A stretch of DNA of 64,000 nucleotides from the human T2T-CHM13v2.0 reference genome, Homo sapiens. Of the stretch, positions 14,051-31,430 are shown piece by piece. The stretch's first letter is position 1; each line of letters starts with the position of its first letter. Below the pieces are notes generated by a model. It did not search any database, was not told the DNA's origin, and was given only the letters and a program-made list of their open reading frames with translations. Location: NCBI RefSeq assembly GCF_009914755.1, contig NC_060931.1; one strand, 5' to 3'. Position numbers and translations under genes: made by a program.

Positions 14051-14639
14051 GCTCCACATGAAGTCAGTGCCCCATGTTCTAGTGTCTAGGACTTGTTTCA
14101 GCCCCCAAGACTCTGTGGCCTTCTGGGTTCCATTCCCTGTACAACCCAGATGTGAAGTACCACCCTATCTTCTCCATTAAATGCAACCGCAACCCTCAGT
14201 TCATGATGATCAGTGGCTCCCCTGGGAATTTGGAGGTGGTTTAAGGTCCAGGATTGCATTGTGTACCATTTTACCTGCTCTCCACCCCCTCCCCAAAGCT
14301 GAGAGTTACCAGCTTCTGTGGGATTATCTCACAAGGAGCAGTAGTCTCAGGCTAGGCTGGTTTCCTTGGAATTTCGGTGAAGAAAATGTCTTCAGTCTGT
14401 TACATCTCCATGTCATCCTGTTCTCTCTCCTCCATTTGTGAAACACTGAACATTTTAAGTAGTGTCAGTCCTTAAGTCATACTGTGAAGTAGGTAACATT
14501 TGCGCCTTTAAACCACCCATCCTATCGGTCCTTTCTGTTTCACTCTTTCGTATCTCAGTGAGTCAATTTAATTAGAAGCTTTCAGCTACTGAAGAAATAG
14601 AAGATTGGTGACAGGATGGAAAGAGGTCATTTAGAGAAG

Positions 14640-14795
14640 AGCTTCTCGAACTTTAATGTGCATATGAATCATCTAGGGACTTGTTAAAATACAGATTCTC
14701 TACAGTAGGTTGGGGGTGGGGCCTGAGATTCTGCATTTTTAACAACCTCCTAGTGATGTCAATGCTGCTTGTCTCTGAACTGCACTCTGAGTAGT
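14640..14795. mobile_element. MER5A
   Basis: cttctcgaactttaatgtgcatatgaatcatctaggg...ggcctgagattctgcattt. Confidence 0.8.
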
Positions 14796-15142
14796 AAGTA
14801 TTTAAAGGTGACATCCTAAGATGGCAGAAGATTTACCTTCTTACCTTTCCAGGCACATTGAATCCAAATAAATGAATCTCTCTTAGTAGAATTTTATTAA
14901 TGCAATTGGATGCTAAGAAAAACTTCACAATTTAAAACCCCGCCCATAAACTGCTTACCAGTTAAAGCCATTGCTGGTTTCAGAAAAGAATAGTATGAAC
15001 CTGTTTATCTGGTAATCAATATAAACACTGTAAAAACAAGCATTTCCTCCATCAATATAATTTAGTGACTCTCAAATGATTTATATTCATTTTTACTTAG
15101 TTTTATGTAAAAGAGTATTGCTTTGCTGCTGCTCATGATTGA

Positions 15143-15486
<344 letters not shown>

Positions 15487-15519
15487 TAAACTTTGGTGCA
15501 AGGGTCACATATGTATTTC

Positions 15520-15838
15520 CTTTCTTTTCTTTTTTTGTCATTTTTTCTTTTGAGACAGAATTTCACTCTTTTTGTCCAGGCTGGAGTGCAGTAGCACAAT
15601 CACAGCTCACTGCAGCCTCAAACTCCTGGGTTCAAATGATCCTCCTGCCTTAACCTCCCAAGAGGCTAGGAATACAGGTGCATGCCACCACATCCAGCTA
15701 ATTTCAATTTTTTTTTTTTTTGTAGAGACAGGGTCTTGCTATGTTGCTTAGGCTGGTCTTGAACTTCTGGCCTTAAGTGATGCTCCTGCCTCGCCTCTGA
15801 AAGCATTGAAATTGTAGACATGAGACACTGTGCCTGAC
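15520..15838 (-). mobile_element. AluJ-like
   Basis: cacagctcactgcagcctcaaactcctggg; TSD cat(a/g)tgtatttc. Confidence 0.88.
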
Positions 15839-16064
15839 TCCCCATGTGTATTTCAATATCTCTTTCTTTGTTCCTCTAATATCACCTACATAAAAGAAAG
15901 GTCAAGTCAACTTTTATTTCCCTGAATTTTGATTTAGAGTCAGCTCACTCAGAGTGTTTATGAATAATTCTGTTAGAAAAGATTTGATAATGCTAATCTG
16001 AATAATGAAATATCATGCAGAGTTCTAGATGTGGAGGTGCATTGTGAGTAGAAACCTCCTGTGA

Positions 16065-16208
<144 letters not shown>

Positions 16209-16394
16209 TAAGTGTTCAAAAAGTTATTTTTACTGTTTGTTTTTTCAATAATTTATTTTCTTTATTATGAATGCACTATAGTAGATATCCCTATTTTGTG
16301 TCAAGAAATGACTTTAAATTGGTGATGGATCTGATTTTTTTTTTCTCTTTTGTATTTTATAAACCAAGCAGATTTTTAAATTAGGGTTGCAAAT

Positions 16395-16812
<418 letters not shown>

Positions 16813-18515
16813 TAAAATTAGAGCTGCAGAAAACAGAGGCTTTTGAATTTCACAATGATACCTTAAAATGATATTTGAAGCATTTTTCTAGTTTCATCCA
16901 AATTCAGACAGGAGTGATTTGGGTTAACTTTGGTGTCTGTTTCTGTGGATGTTTAGCCCCTTGATATTCTTCCCTACTCCTTCTTTATATTAGTTTTTAT
17001 ATTTTTGTCAAATAATAGCAGTTTCAGTAAATGGAAACGCCTGACTCCTTACACAAAGAGAAAAGGCTGCTAGTGATCTCAAGAGCTCATATGTCTTTGC
17101 CCCTTTTTTTCAGCCTGAATCCCACCTAATTCATAGCAAATCTGTGGGAGGGTCTGTCGTTTCTCAGAGATCTCCGAGGAACAAAGTTCATCCTTCCTCA
17201 AGGCCTTGCTTCCTTTCTCATAACCTTCTCTATCAAATAATGTTTGCTGATGTTTAACATGGGAATACATCCACTTCCTCCATCCTGTCGATAATGATAA
17301 TGCACAGGTGGTTGTTTCTTACTTGTTTTGTAACCCCTTATAAAGCTACCGTGTCATTCCTCAGCATTCTCTTTTAACTAAATCGTTTCATTTCCTTCTT
17401 GTTTGTTTTACTTTTTGGCACAGAACAATCCAGCACTTTAATTTTGTTAAATTTTCGTTGAGAAACTTTAAAATAATTCCTTTTTGTTACCATCTTAGAG
17501 ATGTGGCTTTTCATCTAACAAGCAGTTACTGGGTGTCTCCTGTGTGCCAGCCCTAGGAATATTAAGGCGATTGAAACACAAGTCCTGGGAGCTCACAGTC
17601 TCATGAGGAGGCCAAATCTAGCCCATTTCCTGATGTGGAACATGATAGGTATATTTGCTTTTTTTTTGAGAGAGAGAGAGGAAAAAAAAAAAAACAAAAC
17701 TGGGAAAAATGCAAGCTAAGCATTGTCACCGAAGAACAGGTGGCACCTAAGGGCTCTGGAAACATGCCACCTGAAGACAGTGGAGTGCAATAGGTTGGAA
17801 TAGCCTATCCAAGGGAGAGGGTTACACTGACAGATCTTAAATCTAGGAAAGAGAGCTAATGGACACGGCCAGAAAATCTAGCTAGTCTGCCTGAGTGACA
17901 CCTCTGGTCAGGATCTGGGAATAAGCATATTAGGCAGAAAGGAAAGAATATAAGTGTAAGTTAAATAACCAGAGACAGGAGGCCATGTGTCTGAGAGCAT
18001 GGAAGACTTCCATTTCCTTGTTTGTGCTAAAAGACTACTGTGAATAAAGGTGTACATTTATTTACTTTAAATACATTATTTGAAGAAAGAGGTTTTTACA
18101 AACATGGAATCCATGCTTAATATCAGACAGTCTCTGTTTTCTTATTAGGAAAAAGAAACATTGAAGTCCTTTTCAGCAGTAAAATTGTTACATCTGAGCT
18201 CAAGACAAGCACATCTGTCACCTAGGAATAGTACAGTGAGACCTGTTCACATTTGTGACAGCAAGTGTATATTGGGGGTAAAAAATGAAGTGTTTTTTTT
18301 CCCCTTTTCTCTCTCTTAAAATCTCAATCCAAAGTCCTAGTGTCAGCATCTTTCTCAGTACTCGTTCCAGTCTGCCTTCTGGTTTTCCAAATGGACTCAA
18401 TGTTGTGAGAATCAGAGAGAAGATATTTGTGCCTTCTAAGGGCTATAAATGGACCTGAGAACCTAAGAATGATACCTGTTACTAATCCTACTATAGTCTT
18501 GTAAAGAAGGATTGA

Positions 18516-19499
<984 letters not shown>

Positions 19500-21189
19500 G
19501 TTATTTTAATTAAGTAAATTTTATATCTCCTTTTAAGAATGTTTTTATTTAAAACTAAATAAAAATAAACAGAAAACCTATCGTGTGTCTTGGAACATTG
19601 TCAGAATTGTGTATGACCATTTTAGGCTTTCTTAGACTTTTATGAGCACATAGGATAAATATAACCTTGTATCATCTTGTTGTTTAGTAATTATTGCTTC
19701 TCATCTTGACTTTACTTTCTGGAAGAAATGTTTTGGGGGGATGTTATGAAATATTGAATAATGTATGTTGTCCCAATTACAGTGGTTTAGATATGAGATA
19801 TATTATGTCATCCATGACTCATCCTTTATAAATTACCAAGTGCGTACTGTTTTTTTTTTCATTTTTGATTTATTAAATTCAGTTCAATAATATAAATAAG
19901 GGAAAATCAGATTCGTATATCTTTCCCATAAAGAACCTGCAAGGTCACATTTGTTTGGAGTCAAAGGACTAATAGGCAATGTTTTGATCTTGGTGTGTTT
20001 GGTGTTAATGCAAAAATCTTGTTACTGTGGGAACCTTAAAGCACGGAGTTAAGTTTGAGTTTATTGCCCTCTTGTGGAAATTTGTAAGAATGGCTTTTTC
20101 ATTTCAAAATCTTATTTTGATACAACCTTTTGAAATTTTAGCTCAATTGGTCTGTGACGACTTGGTCTTAGCTATAGGTTTTTATCAAGTATACTGTTAT
20201 GGACTCAATATAAAAATTAGGATTTATATAAGTAAAACAAAAATATTTCAGTTCTCAAAGCATATAAAACACATGTATTTTTTCATTATTAAGGAATTAA
20301 TAATGGCATATTATCATATAGCAATCTAGAGTCTTCTGAGATACAGATAGTGTCAGAATCTGTTGTCTTCATATTGCCTACATGATGTTTAAGTCCAATA
20401 AAAAAATGACTTTCTCATTGGACATTAACCTAGTATAAGGATAAATAACACTCAGTACTATTTTAAGAAAATAATCTGCTTGCTACTTTGTTGGTGTTGC
20501 CACGTGAATTTTGGCAAACTATGATGGTTTCATATGACTTTCTGGATGGATATGGCTAGTTCTCAGCAAGGGTAGAGAGATACTCCCTGCCATATTTGGT
20601 CTACGTTTTTGAAAGGCTCCCCCTCTGACTCCTTGGGCACATATTGTCAGTAATGTCTTACAAACTGCATCTGTTTATGTTTAAATTCCAAATAGAATGT
20701 CATCCAAATTCAGAAAGTACATGTGGCTGAAAACAGTGCAGCTGTGAGAATAATCATTCTGTGAGTATATAGAAGTTGAGGACATGTGGAAGATGTTATA
20801 GCAGGAATGAAAGAATTTGGATAGAGGCAGAACTTGGAGGCCATTATAATTATAGCTCATGGAATTTCACCAATTTCACTAAATCTTCAATGAAAGACAA
20901 ATACTAGTTTATGTTTAGGAGCTTGGCTGTCACATAATCATTTCTACCAAAAACTAAAAAATTACTACAGCTCATAGCTTTGCTACCCTCAGATGCCTGA
21001 ATGATAAGACAAGTTTCTTTAACATCATAAAGGGCCTGATCTCAGTAAAAGGATCATGTTCTTCTAAAAGCAGCAGCTATCAGAATCTGTCTGAGTGGGA
21101 GCTGAGGCCATTTGTATATTGAAGTGCTCTCCAGAGGATTTCTCAGATGGCTGGTAGCCACCCCCAGCCTACGAGGTCCAAAATGGAAT

Positions 21190-21499
<310 letters not shown>

Positions 21500-21644
21500 T
21501 CAAAACTGAACTCTTAAAGGATTTGCATCCTTCCCTCTGCTTCCTGCTTCCCTAGGCCCATCCCGAAAAGTTCTTTCTGCATCCCCCCTGCCTGCCCTCT
21601 TTTTTTTTTTTTTTTTTTTTTTTTTGAGACAGGGTCTCACTCCA

Positions 21645-22183
21645 TTACCTCTTTTTTTATCTTGTTAAATGACATGTCCATTTTTCCAGTTGCTCAGGTC
21701 AAAACTTGGAGTCTTCACTAACTCTTCTCTGTTTTACGTACTTTGTTTCAAATCCATCAGTAAATCCTACTGGTTGTACCTTCAAAATATATCTGGAATT
21801 TGACCAGTTCTCACCACCTCTACTATTACTGCTCTGATCTAAGCCAGCATCTTCTTTCGCCTGGATTATTGCAGTAACTTCCCTGCTTCTATCCTTGCTG
21901 TGCTAAAAATTATTGTAACATAGTATCTGGCATGATCATTATAAAACTTAAGAAAGATTGTATTTCCCATCTGCTTAGAACTTTGCAGTGGCTCTTCATC
22001 TCTCTTAGAGTAAAAGCCAAGGCCCTAGGAAGTGCCCACCTAGTATGGCCCCCAAGACCCTCTGGCACCATTTATTGCCCTTCACCTGATTATTTTCTTC
22101 CCTAGAACTTATCACTGTCATATGTATGTGTATGTGTGTGTGTATATATATATATAATATATATATTATAAATAAATAAATAA

Positions 22184-22223
<40 letters not shown>

Positions 22224-22360
22224 AGTCCTAGAATACTTATGAGCACCACAAGGACAGAGAATTGGTCTGTTTTGTTTGCTATTGTATCCCCAGCACCTAG
22301 AACAGTGCATTGTAGGTGCTCTGTAAACACGCTGATTGAATGAAGGAATGCATGAATGGA
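21645..22360. mobile_element. L2 fragment interrupted by a microsatellite
   Basis: ccagttgctcagg...caaaatatatct...gcctggattattgcagta...ttgaatgaaggaatg. Confidence 0.7.
22119..22220. repeat. Compound microsatellite (TG)n/(TA)n/(TAAA)n/(TA)n
   Basis: Direct inspection. Confidence 0.95.
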
Positions 22361-22629
22361 GGTAGGTAGCAGGTTGCAAATGGGCAGTTCGTGGTCCCAT
22401 CTGTCTGGGCTCTGTTCCTATTTCTGCTCTTACTGGTTAAATAATTTGGCAAGTTACTTTATCTCTTTGGGTTTCAGTTTCCTTACTTATAAAATAAGGA
22501 TAGTCGTTGTACTTCTCTTGTAGATTTGTGGAAAAGATTAAATGAGTGTAAAGTATTTAGCTTGTGGCAAGTTGTTCAAATGTGTTAGCTCTTGTTACTA
22601 GAGCATCTTCCATGTTTATGGTAGGTCGG

Positions 22630-22790
22630 GCGTTCTCAGTATAGTCCCTGAAAACCTGCATCAGGATCACCTGGAGCTTATTTAAAATGCAATTTCCTGG
22701 GTTCCAGTCCATAAATCTGAGGAGAGTCCTGAAAGAGCTGCGTTTTTACTAGCTCTCCAGATGACTTTTTGCATATGAAAATCTTGGAAT
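22630..22790. mobile_element. MER5-type element, preceded by a MIR (~22400-22600)
   Basis: gcatcaggatcacctggagcttatttaaaatgcaatttcctggg. Confidence 0.65.
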
Positions 22791-23022
22791 TCTATGTTAG
22801 AGGAAGAAGTGATGGGCAACAGCTAGAGCATGGCAATCCTGAGCATGGGGTCAGGTGAGGATGAGGTGACTCTACCTATAAGGAATCAGAAGGAGGGGCC
22901 TTCCCTCTCAGTGGTGTGTGTGGTGTGTCTGGAGGTGATGGATGGGACTGGGAAATGGGCATTGAGAAGCAAATGGGCCCTCTGGCTGCTGCTGATTTTA
23001 AAATGATCTTGTTCTGGGATGA

Positions 23023-23172
<150 letters not shown>

Positions 23173-23255
23173 TGAGAGCTTTTTTCCTCTCCTTTTTTTA
23201 TCTCTACTTTATTTCATTTTTATATTTTTTAGGGTTAAGATAGTAAACATATGTA

Positions 23256-23392
23256 CAGATGCTCCTCAACTTATGATGGGTCTATGTCCTGATAAACCTA
23301 TCATAAGTTAAAATATTATAAGTAAAAAACGTATTTAATACCCTGATAAATGCATCATAAAGTCAAAAACATGTATGTTGGGGACTGTCTGT
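23256..23392. mobile_element. Tigger-family MITE (MER47/Tigger5-like)
   Basis: TA-flanked cagatgctcctcaacttatgatggg...gactgtctg. Confidence 0.7.
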
Positions 23393-23451
23393 ATATTTTA
23401 AACTAAATATTGAGTAAGTCAAAACCACAAGTGTTTTTTAAAAAATTTCTT

Positions 23452-23722
23452 GCCAGGTGTGGTGGCTCATGCCTGTAATCCCAGCACTATTGGAGGCAGA
23501 GGTGGGCATGAGGTCAGGAGTTAGAGACCAGCCTGGCCAACTTGGTGAAACCCCGTCTCTACTAAAATACAAAAATTAGCCAGGTGTGGTGGCATGCGCC
23601 TGTAATCCCAGCTACTTGGGAAGTTAAGGCAGAAGTATTGCTTGAACCTCCTGCCACTGCGCTCCAGCCTGGGTGACAGAATGAGACTCCGTCTCCAAAA
23701 CAAACAAACAAACAAACAAAAA
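23452..23722 (+). mobile_element. AluS-like with internal deletions and (CAAA)n tail
   Basis: TSD aaaaaatttctt. Confidence 0.88.
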
Positions 23723-23823
23723 ATTTCTTTTGTTTCTTTCTCTTTTATATTGGAAATATAATACTTTCCCTTTGAGGTGTTCTGAAATCTCTATTTCCAT
23801 CTCAACCCTAATGTGTTATGATC

Positions 23824-24196
23824 TGTCTTAGTTTGACTTGGCTACCATAACAAAATACTGTAGACTGGGTGGCTTAAACAACAGAAACTTTATCTCAGTT
23901 CTGGGCACTGAAAGTCCAAGGTGCCATCAGGGTTGACATCTGGTGAGGGCTCTTTGCTTGAGTTGCAGATGGCTGCCTTCTCACTGTGTTCTCACATGGC
24001 AGAGAGAGAGAGAGAGAACTCTGGTTGTCTCCACTTGTTATAAGGGTACCAGCTATACTGAATAAGGATCTCACCCTTATGACCTCATTTAACATTTATC
24101 ACTTCCTCACAGGCCTTATCTCCAGACAAAATTACCCTGGGTGCCAGGGCCTCAATATGAGAAGTCTGGGGACACACACACATTCAGTCCACAACA
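23824..24196 (-). mobile_element. MaLR MLT1A-type LTR
   Basis: tgtcttagtttg...ccataacaaaatac...ggtggcttaaacaacagaaa...cattcagtccacaaca. Confidence 0.8.
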
Positions 24197-25200
24197 AATC
24201 AAATCCACAGAGCTGTGATTTTTCACCCCTCCTCTCTTTTCTAGATTCCAGATTTTTCTCTATTGTCTATTGCTTTTAAGGCTCTATGCTGATGAAGTTT
24301 AGAGAAACCTGAGTCATCTTAATCCTGTCTCTCACTTTAGCTGAAACATTCATTTCCCACAAATTAGAAGAAGTTGAATTAATATTATAGACTACACAGA
24401 AACATAATACACTTTCATTCTAGCTCTGTACATACAAATGTTCTTCCTCGTATTACACAACATTGCTTAAGCAGAGAGGCAAATTCTTCCAAGAAACATG
24501 CATGGCTTTGTCACCCATAAACCATCTTGTTTGGGAAATTCTCTGTATTGTGTATTATTTTATGGGTACCCACTGCTGCCTGTCTTGTCACTTTGCTTGA
24601 CAGTATGATTTTTTTAAGATAATATGAAACCGGACTATGACATTCTAATTTTTTTTTTTAGTAATTGGATGAAGCCAGATGAAATTATATTTGAGTGTTT
24701 ATTAACTTTTTAGAAGAAAAATGTGACTTTTTATCTCTTGCTTTTTCATATAGCTTGTATGACACTTGAATTTCAGAACAGGGTCCACTTTGGACATTTA
24801 CTTATACCAGGCATCCTGCTCCCCAATACTATGAAGATTGTTAGCTCTGTAGTCTGCCTACCAAAGCTCTCTGACTTTTAAAAGGGTGCAGGGATCCGTG
24901 AAAGGAATCAGTAATAAAAAAACATTAAGTCATTTTGCCAAATGTCTTATTTGTCCTTGGGGGAATAGATTCATTCATTTGTTTTCCATTACTGTAGGCT
25001 TTGGCTTCTCTGTGAAGGCATTTTTCTTCTCATTGGATGTTGCTCTGGTGCTGAGAGAATACAGGAGAGAATAGGAGGGGTTGGGCAATGGTTCATCACC
25101 TCTCTAAACCCAGGAGAATGCATAGGCAAGCTGTGGTTCTTTTAAGGGTCTCCAGCTATGTTTGCCTAAGGCTGGAGATAATCCTGTTGTACATGCTTAA

Positions 25201-25308
<108 letters not shown>

Positions 25309-25778
25309 TAGTGACTTTTTATCTAAAAGACAACTTCAGTAATTTATTTAATGCCTTAGAACTAATCTATATTTGGAATATCATTAGCCCACATCTGCTT
25401 TTGACATTTTTAGAGGGAGAGCCAAGTCACGTCAAGAGGGAGAATAAAATGCAAACTGTCCTCACAGATGAGTTTGGAAAGATGTGGAGGAAAACTTTAA
25501 AAAATTTTAAAATTAAAAATAAGGCACTAAAGGAGAAACAAGATTAGAGCAAGAATTGGTCTGTGAGACAAAGTACATACAAATTCACTCTTTGTGAAAT
25601 ACTGGTCTTGTAAACATAGGGATGAACTCTTAATCATTTCCCTATTTATTGTTTTCCTTGTCTCTTTTTTGCTCTAGCATTTTAAGAAAGAACTATTATG
25701 GGTTAACTTTTATTATCATTATGTGTTATTTGTGAAATTAGTCATTTCTTCTCATCTATACCTAAATGGATCTAGGTT

Positions 25779-27454
<1,676 letters not shown>

Positions 27455-27936
27455 ATTACATAAAGTTTAACTGGGTTGTAGATTATCAACATCATCATCT
27501 TGTTATGTTTTATATATTTCCCAGCGATAGACATAGGATCAGCTGTTCCCCAAACTTGCTGGACTGTGGAACATTTGCTTTACATGGCATGTACCTGTCT
27601 CAGGACTAGTGTTTCTGAGAACATATTCTGGGAAAATCTTATTTCCTGTGGACACTTATGCACCCAGTTAAAAAAATATGCAATGAAATATAAAAGTCTT
27701 GTGTACCATTCAATGACTTTTTACATACCTACACTCTTGTTGAGAGATAGAGCATGTCCATTACCCCAATAACTTCCTTTGTACTCTTTGTAGTCAGTGC
27801 CTCCCACCTCTGCCATTCCTTTTGTCTGTTGTAGAACTTTATACAGATGGAATCATGTACTATGTGCAGCTTCTTTTGTTTAGCACATGCCTGTGAGGTT
27901 TATGTTGTCAAGAGTAGCAATAGTTCATTCTTTTAA

Positions 27937-28290
<354 letters not shown>

Positions 28291-28459
28291 TAAGTTGATG
28301 GACATTTAGGTTGTTTCCGGTTTTTGACTATTATGAGAAAAGCAACTATGCACGTTATTGTACAAGTCTTTTCTGTGAGCACATATTTTCATTTCTTCCA
28401 GTAAATACCTAGGAATAAAATTGCTGGGCCATAGGGTAGGTACATGTTTAACTATGTTG

Positions 28460-28643
28460 ACAGTGTCCTCAAACCTTAGCATGCATCAGAATCATCTGGA
28501 GGACTGGTAACCACAGATTGCTGGCCCCATCTTGAGAGTTTTAATTCAGTATATCTTGGGTGGGATTGGAGAATTTGTATTTCCAGTGCTTCCCAGGTGA
28601 TGCTAATGCTGCTGGTGCTGGAATCACACTTTGAGAACCACTG
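28460..28643. mobile_element. MER5A inside L1M
   Basis: gcatgcatcagaatcatctggagg...cacactttgagaaccactg. Confidence 0.85.
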
Positions 28644-28647
28644 TTTT

Positions 28648-28862
28648 TTTTTAATATATATATATTTTTTATTATACTTTAAGTTCTAGGGTACATGTGT
28701 ACAACGTGCAGGTTTGTTACATATGTATACATGTGCCATGTTGGTGTGCTGCACCCATTAACTGGTCATTTACATTAGTTATATCTCCTAATGCTATCCC
28801 TCCCCCCTTCCCCCACCCCACAACAGGCCCTGGTGTGTGATGTTCCCCTTCCTGTGTCCAAG
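28648..28862 (-). mobile_element. 5'-truncated L1PA 3' end
   Basis: attatactttaagttctagggtacatgtg...cttcctgtgtccaag; 16-bp TSD tgagaaccactgtttt at 28632-28647 and 28863-28878. Confidence 0.93.
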
Positions 28863-29868
28863 TGAGAACCACTGTTTTATGAGAAATTGCTGAACCCTTT
28901 TTCCAAAGTGGGTACACTCTTTTATATTTGTGTCAGCACTCTATGAGAGTTTTAATTGTTCCACATCTTGACCAACATTTGCTCTGTCATTCTTTAATTT
29001 TAGCTATTCTAGTGTATGTGGTGGTATCTCACTTTGGTTGAAATTTGCATTTTTCTTGTGATTAATGATGTGTAGTATATACTTACTCGCCACTAATCAG
29101 AATTTCTGTCTTTTTTGTTGTTAAGTTGTAGGAGTACTTACATATTCTAGATAGAAGGCCTTTGCCAAATATGCCTTATGAATATATTTTTCCCAGTCTT
29201 TGGCTTGCTCATTTACTTAATGGCATCTTATGATGAACAGATGTTTTAAATTTCATGAAGTTTAACATTAGTTTTTATCGTTATTGCTTTCTCTATGCTA
29301 AGTAATTTTTGCTAGCTCCCAAGTTTTGAAGATATTCTCTAGTGTTTTCTTCTAAAAACTCTATAGTTTTATTTTTTATGTTTAGATCTAGGATCCTCTT
29401 CAAATTACTTTTTGTGCATGGTGAAAAGTAGGGGTTAAGTTTTATTTTATTATTTTGTATGTGGATACACAATTATTTTAATACCATTTGTTGAAAACAG
29501 TTTCCTTTCATCAATGAATTGTTTTGATGTCTTTGTTAAAAAGTATTAAAAGTATGAATATGAGTCTATTTCTTGACTCTTATTTTATTTGGCTACCCTT
29601 ATCACACTTTGTTTTGCTTACTGTGGCTTTATATAAGTTTTGAAATCAAATAACGTAAATCCTCCAATTCTGGTTTTTCCAAAAATTTTTGGCTATTCTG
29701 GGCCCTTCACATTTCCCTACAGATTTTAGAACCTGCTTGTCAATTTCTATAATTCTGGGATTTTTATTAGAATTGTATTAAAAGTATGGGTTAATGGGGG
29801 AAAACAGCATATTATTAGTAGTGAGACTAAAATTTCTTTCAGTGTTTGGTCATTTTTAGTGTAGATAT

Positions 29869-31430
29869 TGTATTATCTATTGCTGTATAAGAAATTACTC
29901 TAAAACTTAGTGGCTTTAATAAACAAATATTTATTACCTCATAATTTCTGAGAATCAGGAACCTGGGTGTGGTTTAGCTGGGTGCCTGTGGCCCACGGTG
30001 TCATGAGTTTGTAGCGTAACTGTCAGCTGGGACTACAGTTTCATTTGAAGGCTCAACTGGGAAGGATTAGCTTCTGAGCTCACTCACATAATTGTTGTCA
30101 GGCCTCAGTACCTCACCACATGGGCCTCTCCACAGGGCTGCCCCCCACCAACCTGGTAGCTAACTTGTTCCAGGAGATAGTGAGAGACCAAGAGAAGAGA
30201 GAATGAGACAGTATGCCTAAGACGGAAGCCACAGTCTTTTTGTTAACCTGATCTCAAAAGTAACATCTGATCACTTTTGCTGTATAGTATTTATTAGAAA
30301 TGAGTCACAGAGTCCAGCCTTCTCTCAAGGGAATGAGATTATACAGTGTCATTGTATTAGTTATCTATTGCTGAGGAATTCATTTTTATTATGTACAGAA
30401 AAATTAGAAAGTAGCTGAGTAATAAATTACCACAAAATGCACCTCTTAAGACAATACACACTTATTATCTCACAGTTTCTGTGGATCAGGAGTCCAAGGA
30501 TGGCTTAGATGGGTTCTCTGTTTCAGAGTCCCTTACAGGCTGCAGTCAAGGTGTTTTCTAGGACTGCATCTCATCTCAAGGCTCAACTGTGGAAGGATAT
30601 GCAGTTGTCGTTGGCAGAATTCAGTTCTTCTTAGCCTCTTAGACCAAGGGCCTTGGTTTCTTGCTGGCTTTTGGCTGATGGTTGCTCTCTTTCTCACATA
30701 GGCCTCTCCATAGGGAAGCTCACAACACTAGTGCTCATGTAATGAAAGCCAGTAAGGAAGAGAGTCTCTAGCAAGATGAGTTACAATCTTGTATGATGTT
30801 ATCTTGAGAAATGACAGTTCATCACCTTTGCTGTATTCCATTGGTTGGAAGCAAGTTACAGGTTTTACTCACACTCAGAGAGAGGGCATTACAAAAGGGC
30901 GTGAGTACCAGGAGGTGGAGACTATTAGAGGTCATCTTAAAGTCTGTCAAATTCTTCTCTTTGGCCCCCAGTAATTCCTGTCCCTTTTACCTGCAAAATA
31001 CATTCTCTTCCTCCCTAGGTCTCTAAGCATTTCATCCCGTTATAGCATCTGCTCAAAGTCTGGAATCTCATTATCTAAATCAGATCCAGGTGTGGATGAG
31101 GGTTTTTGGGTGTAATTTCTCTTAGTCCTTCTGTGTGTAAAACTAAAGAGACAAGTTATCTGCCCTATGTAGTCCCAGGATCCAGTAATGGGCCAGCTAT
31201 AGACATTCCCTTACAAAAGAGGGAAAATTCGAGAAACAAGAAAGACACTGACATTGCAGTTCTGAAATTCTGCTGGGCAAATGTTGACCCTTTCTTGACT
31301 GGGTTTCAAGGCCTAGAAATAATTCTCCATGACTCTTGGCTCTGTGTTCTCAACTCTTAATTCTGCTCATCCTTCCTTTTCCATGAAAGGTAGCACATAT
31401 TTGCATCTGAGTAGTTTTATCAGTCTGCTA
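29869..31430 (-). mobile_element. Two adjacent MLT1-type LTRs (~29869-30350, ~30353-30945) plus MaLR internal-like sequence
   Basis: Both begin tgtatta..tatctattgctg and contain ttatta.ctca.a.tttctg.g.atcagga. Confidence 0.7.

Noticed and set aside
22005-22400. 131-aa minus-strand ORF with YIYIYI runs
   Set aside because: Produced by the (TA)n microsatellite within an L2.
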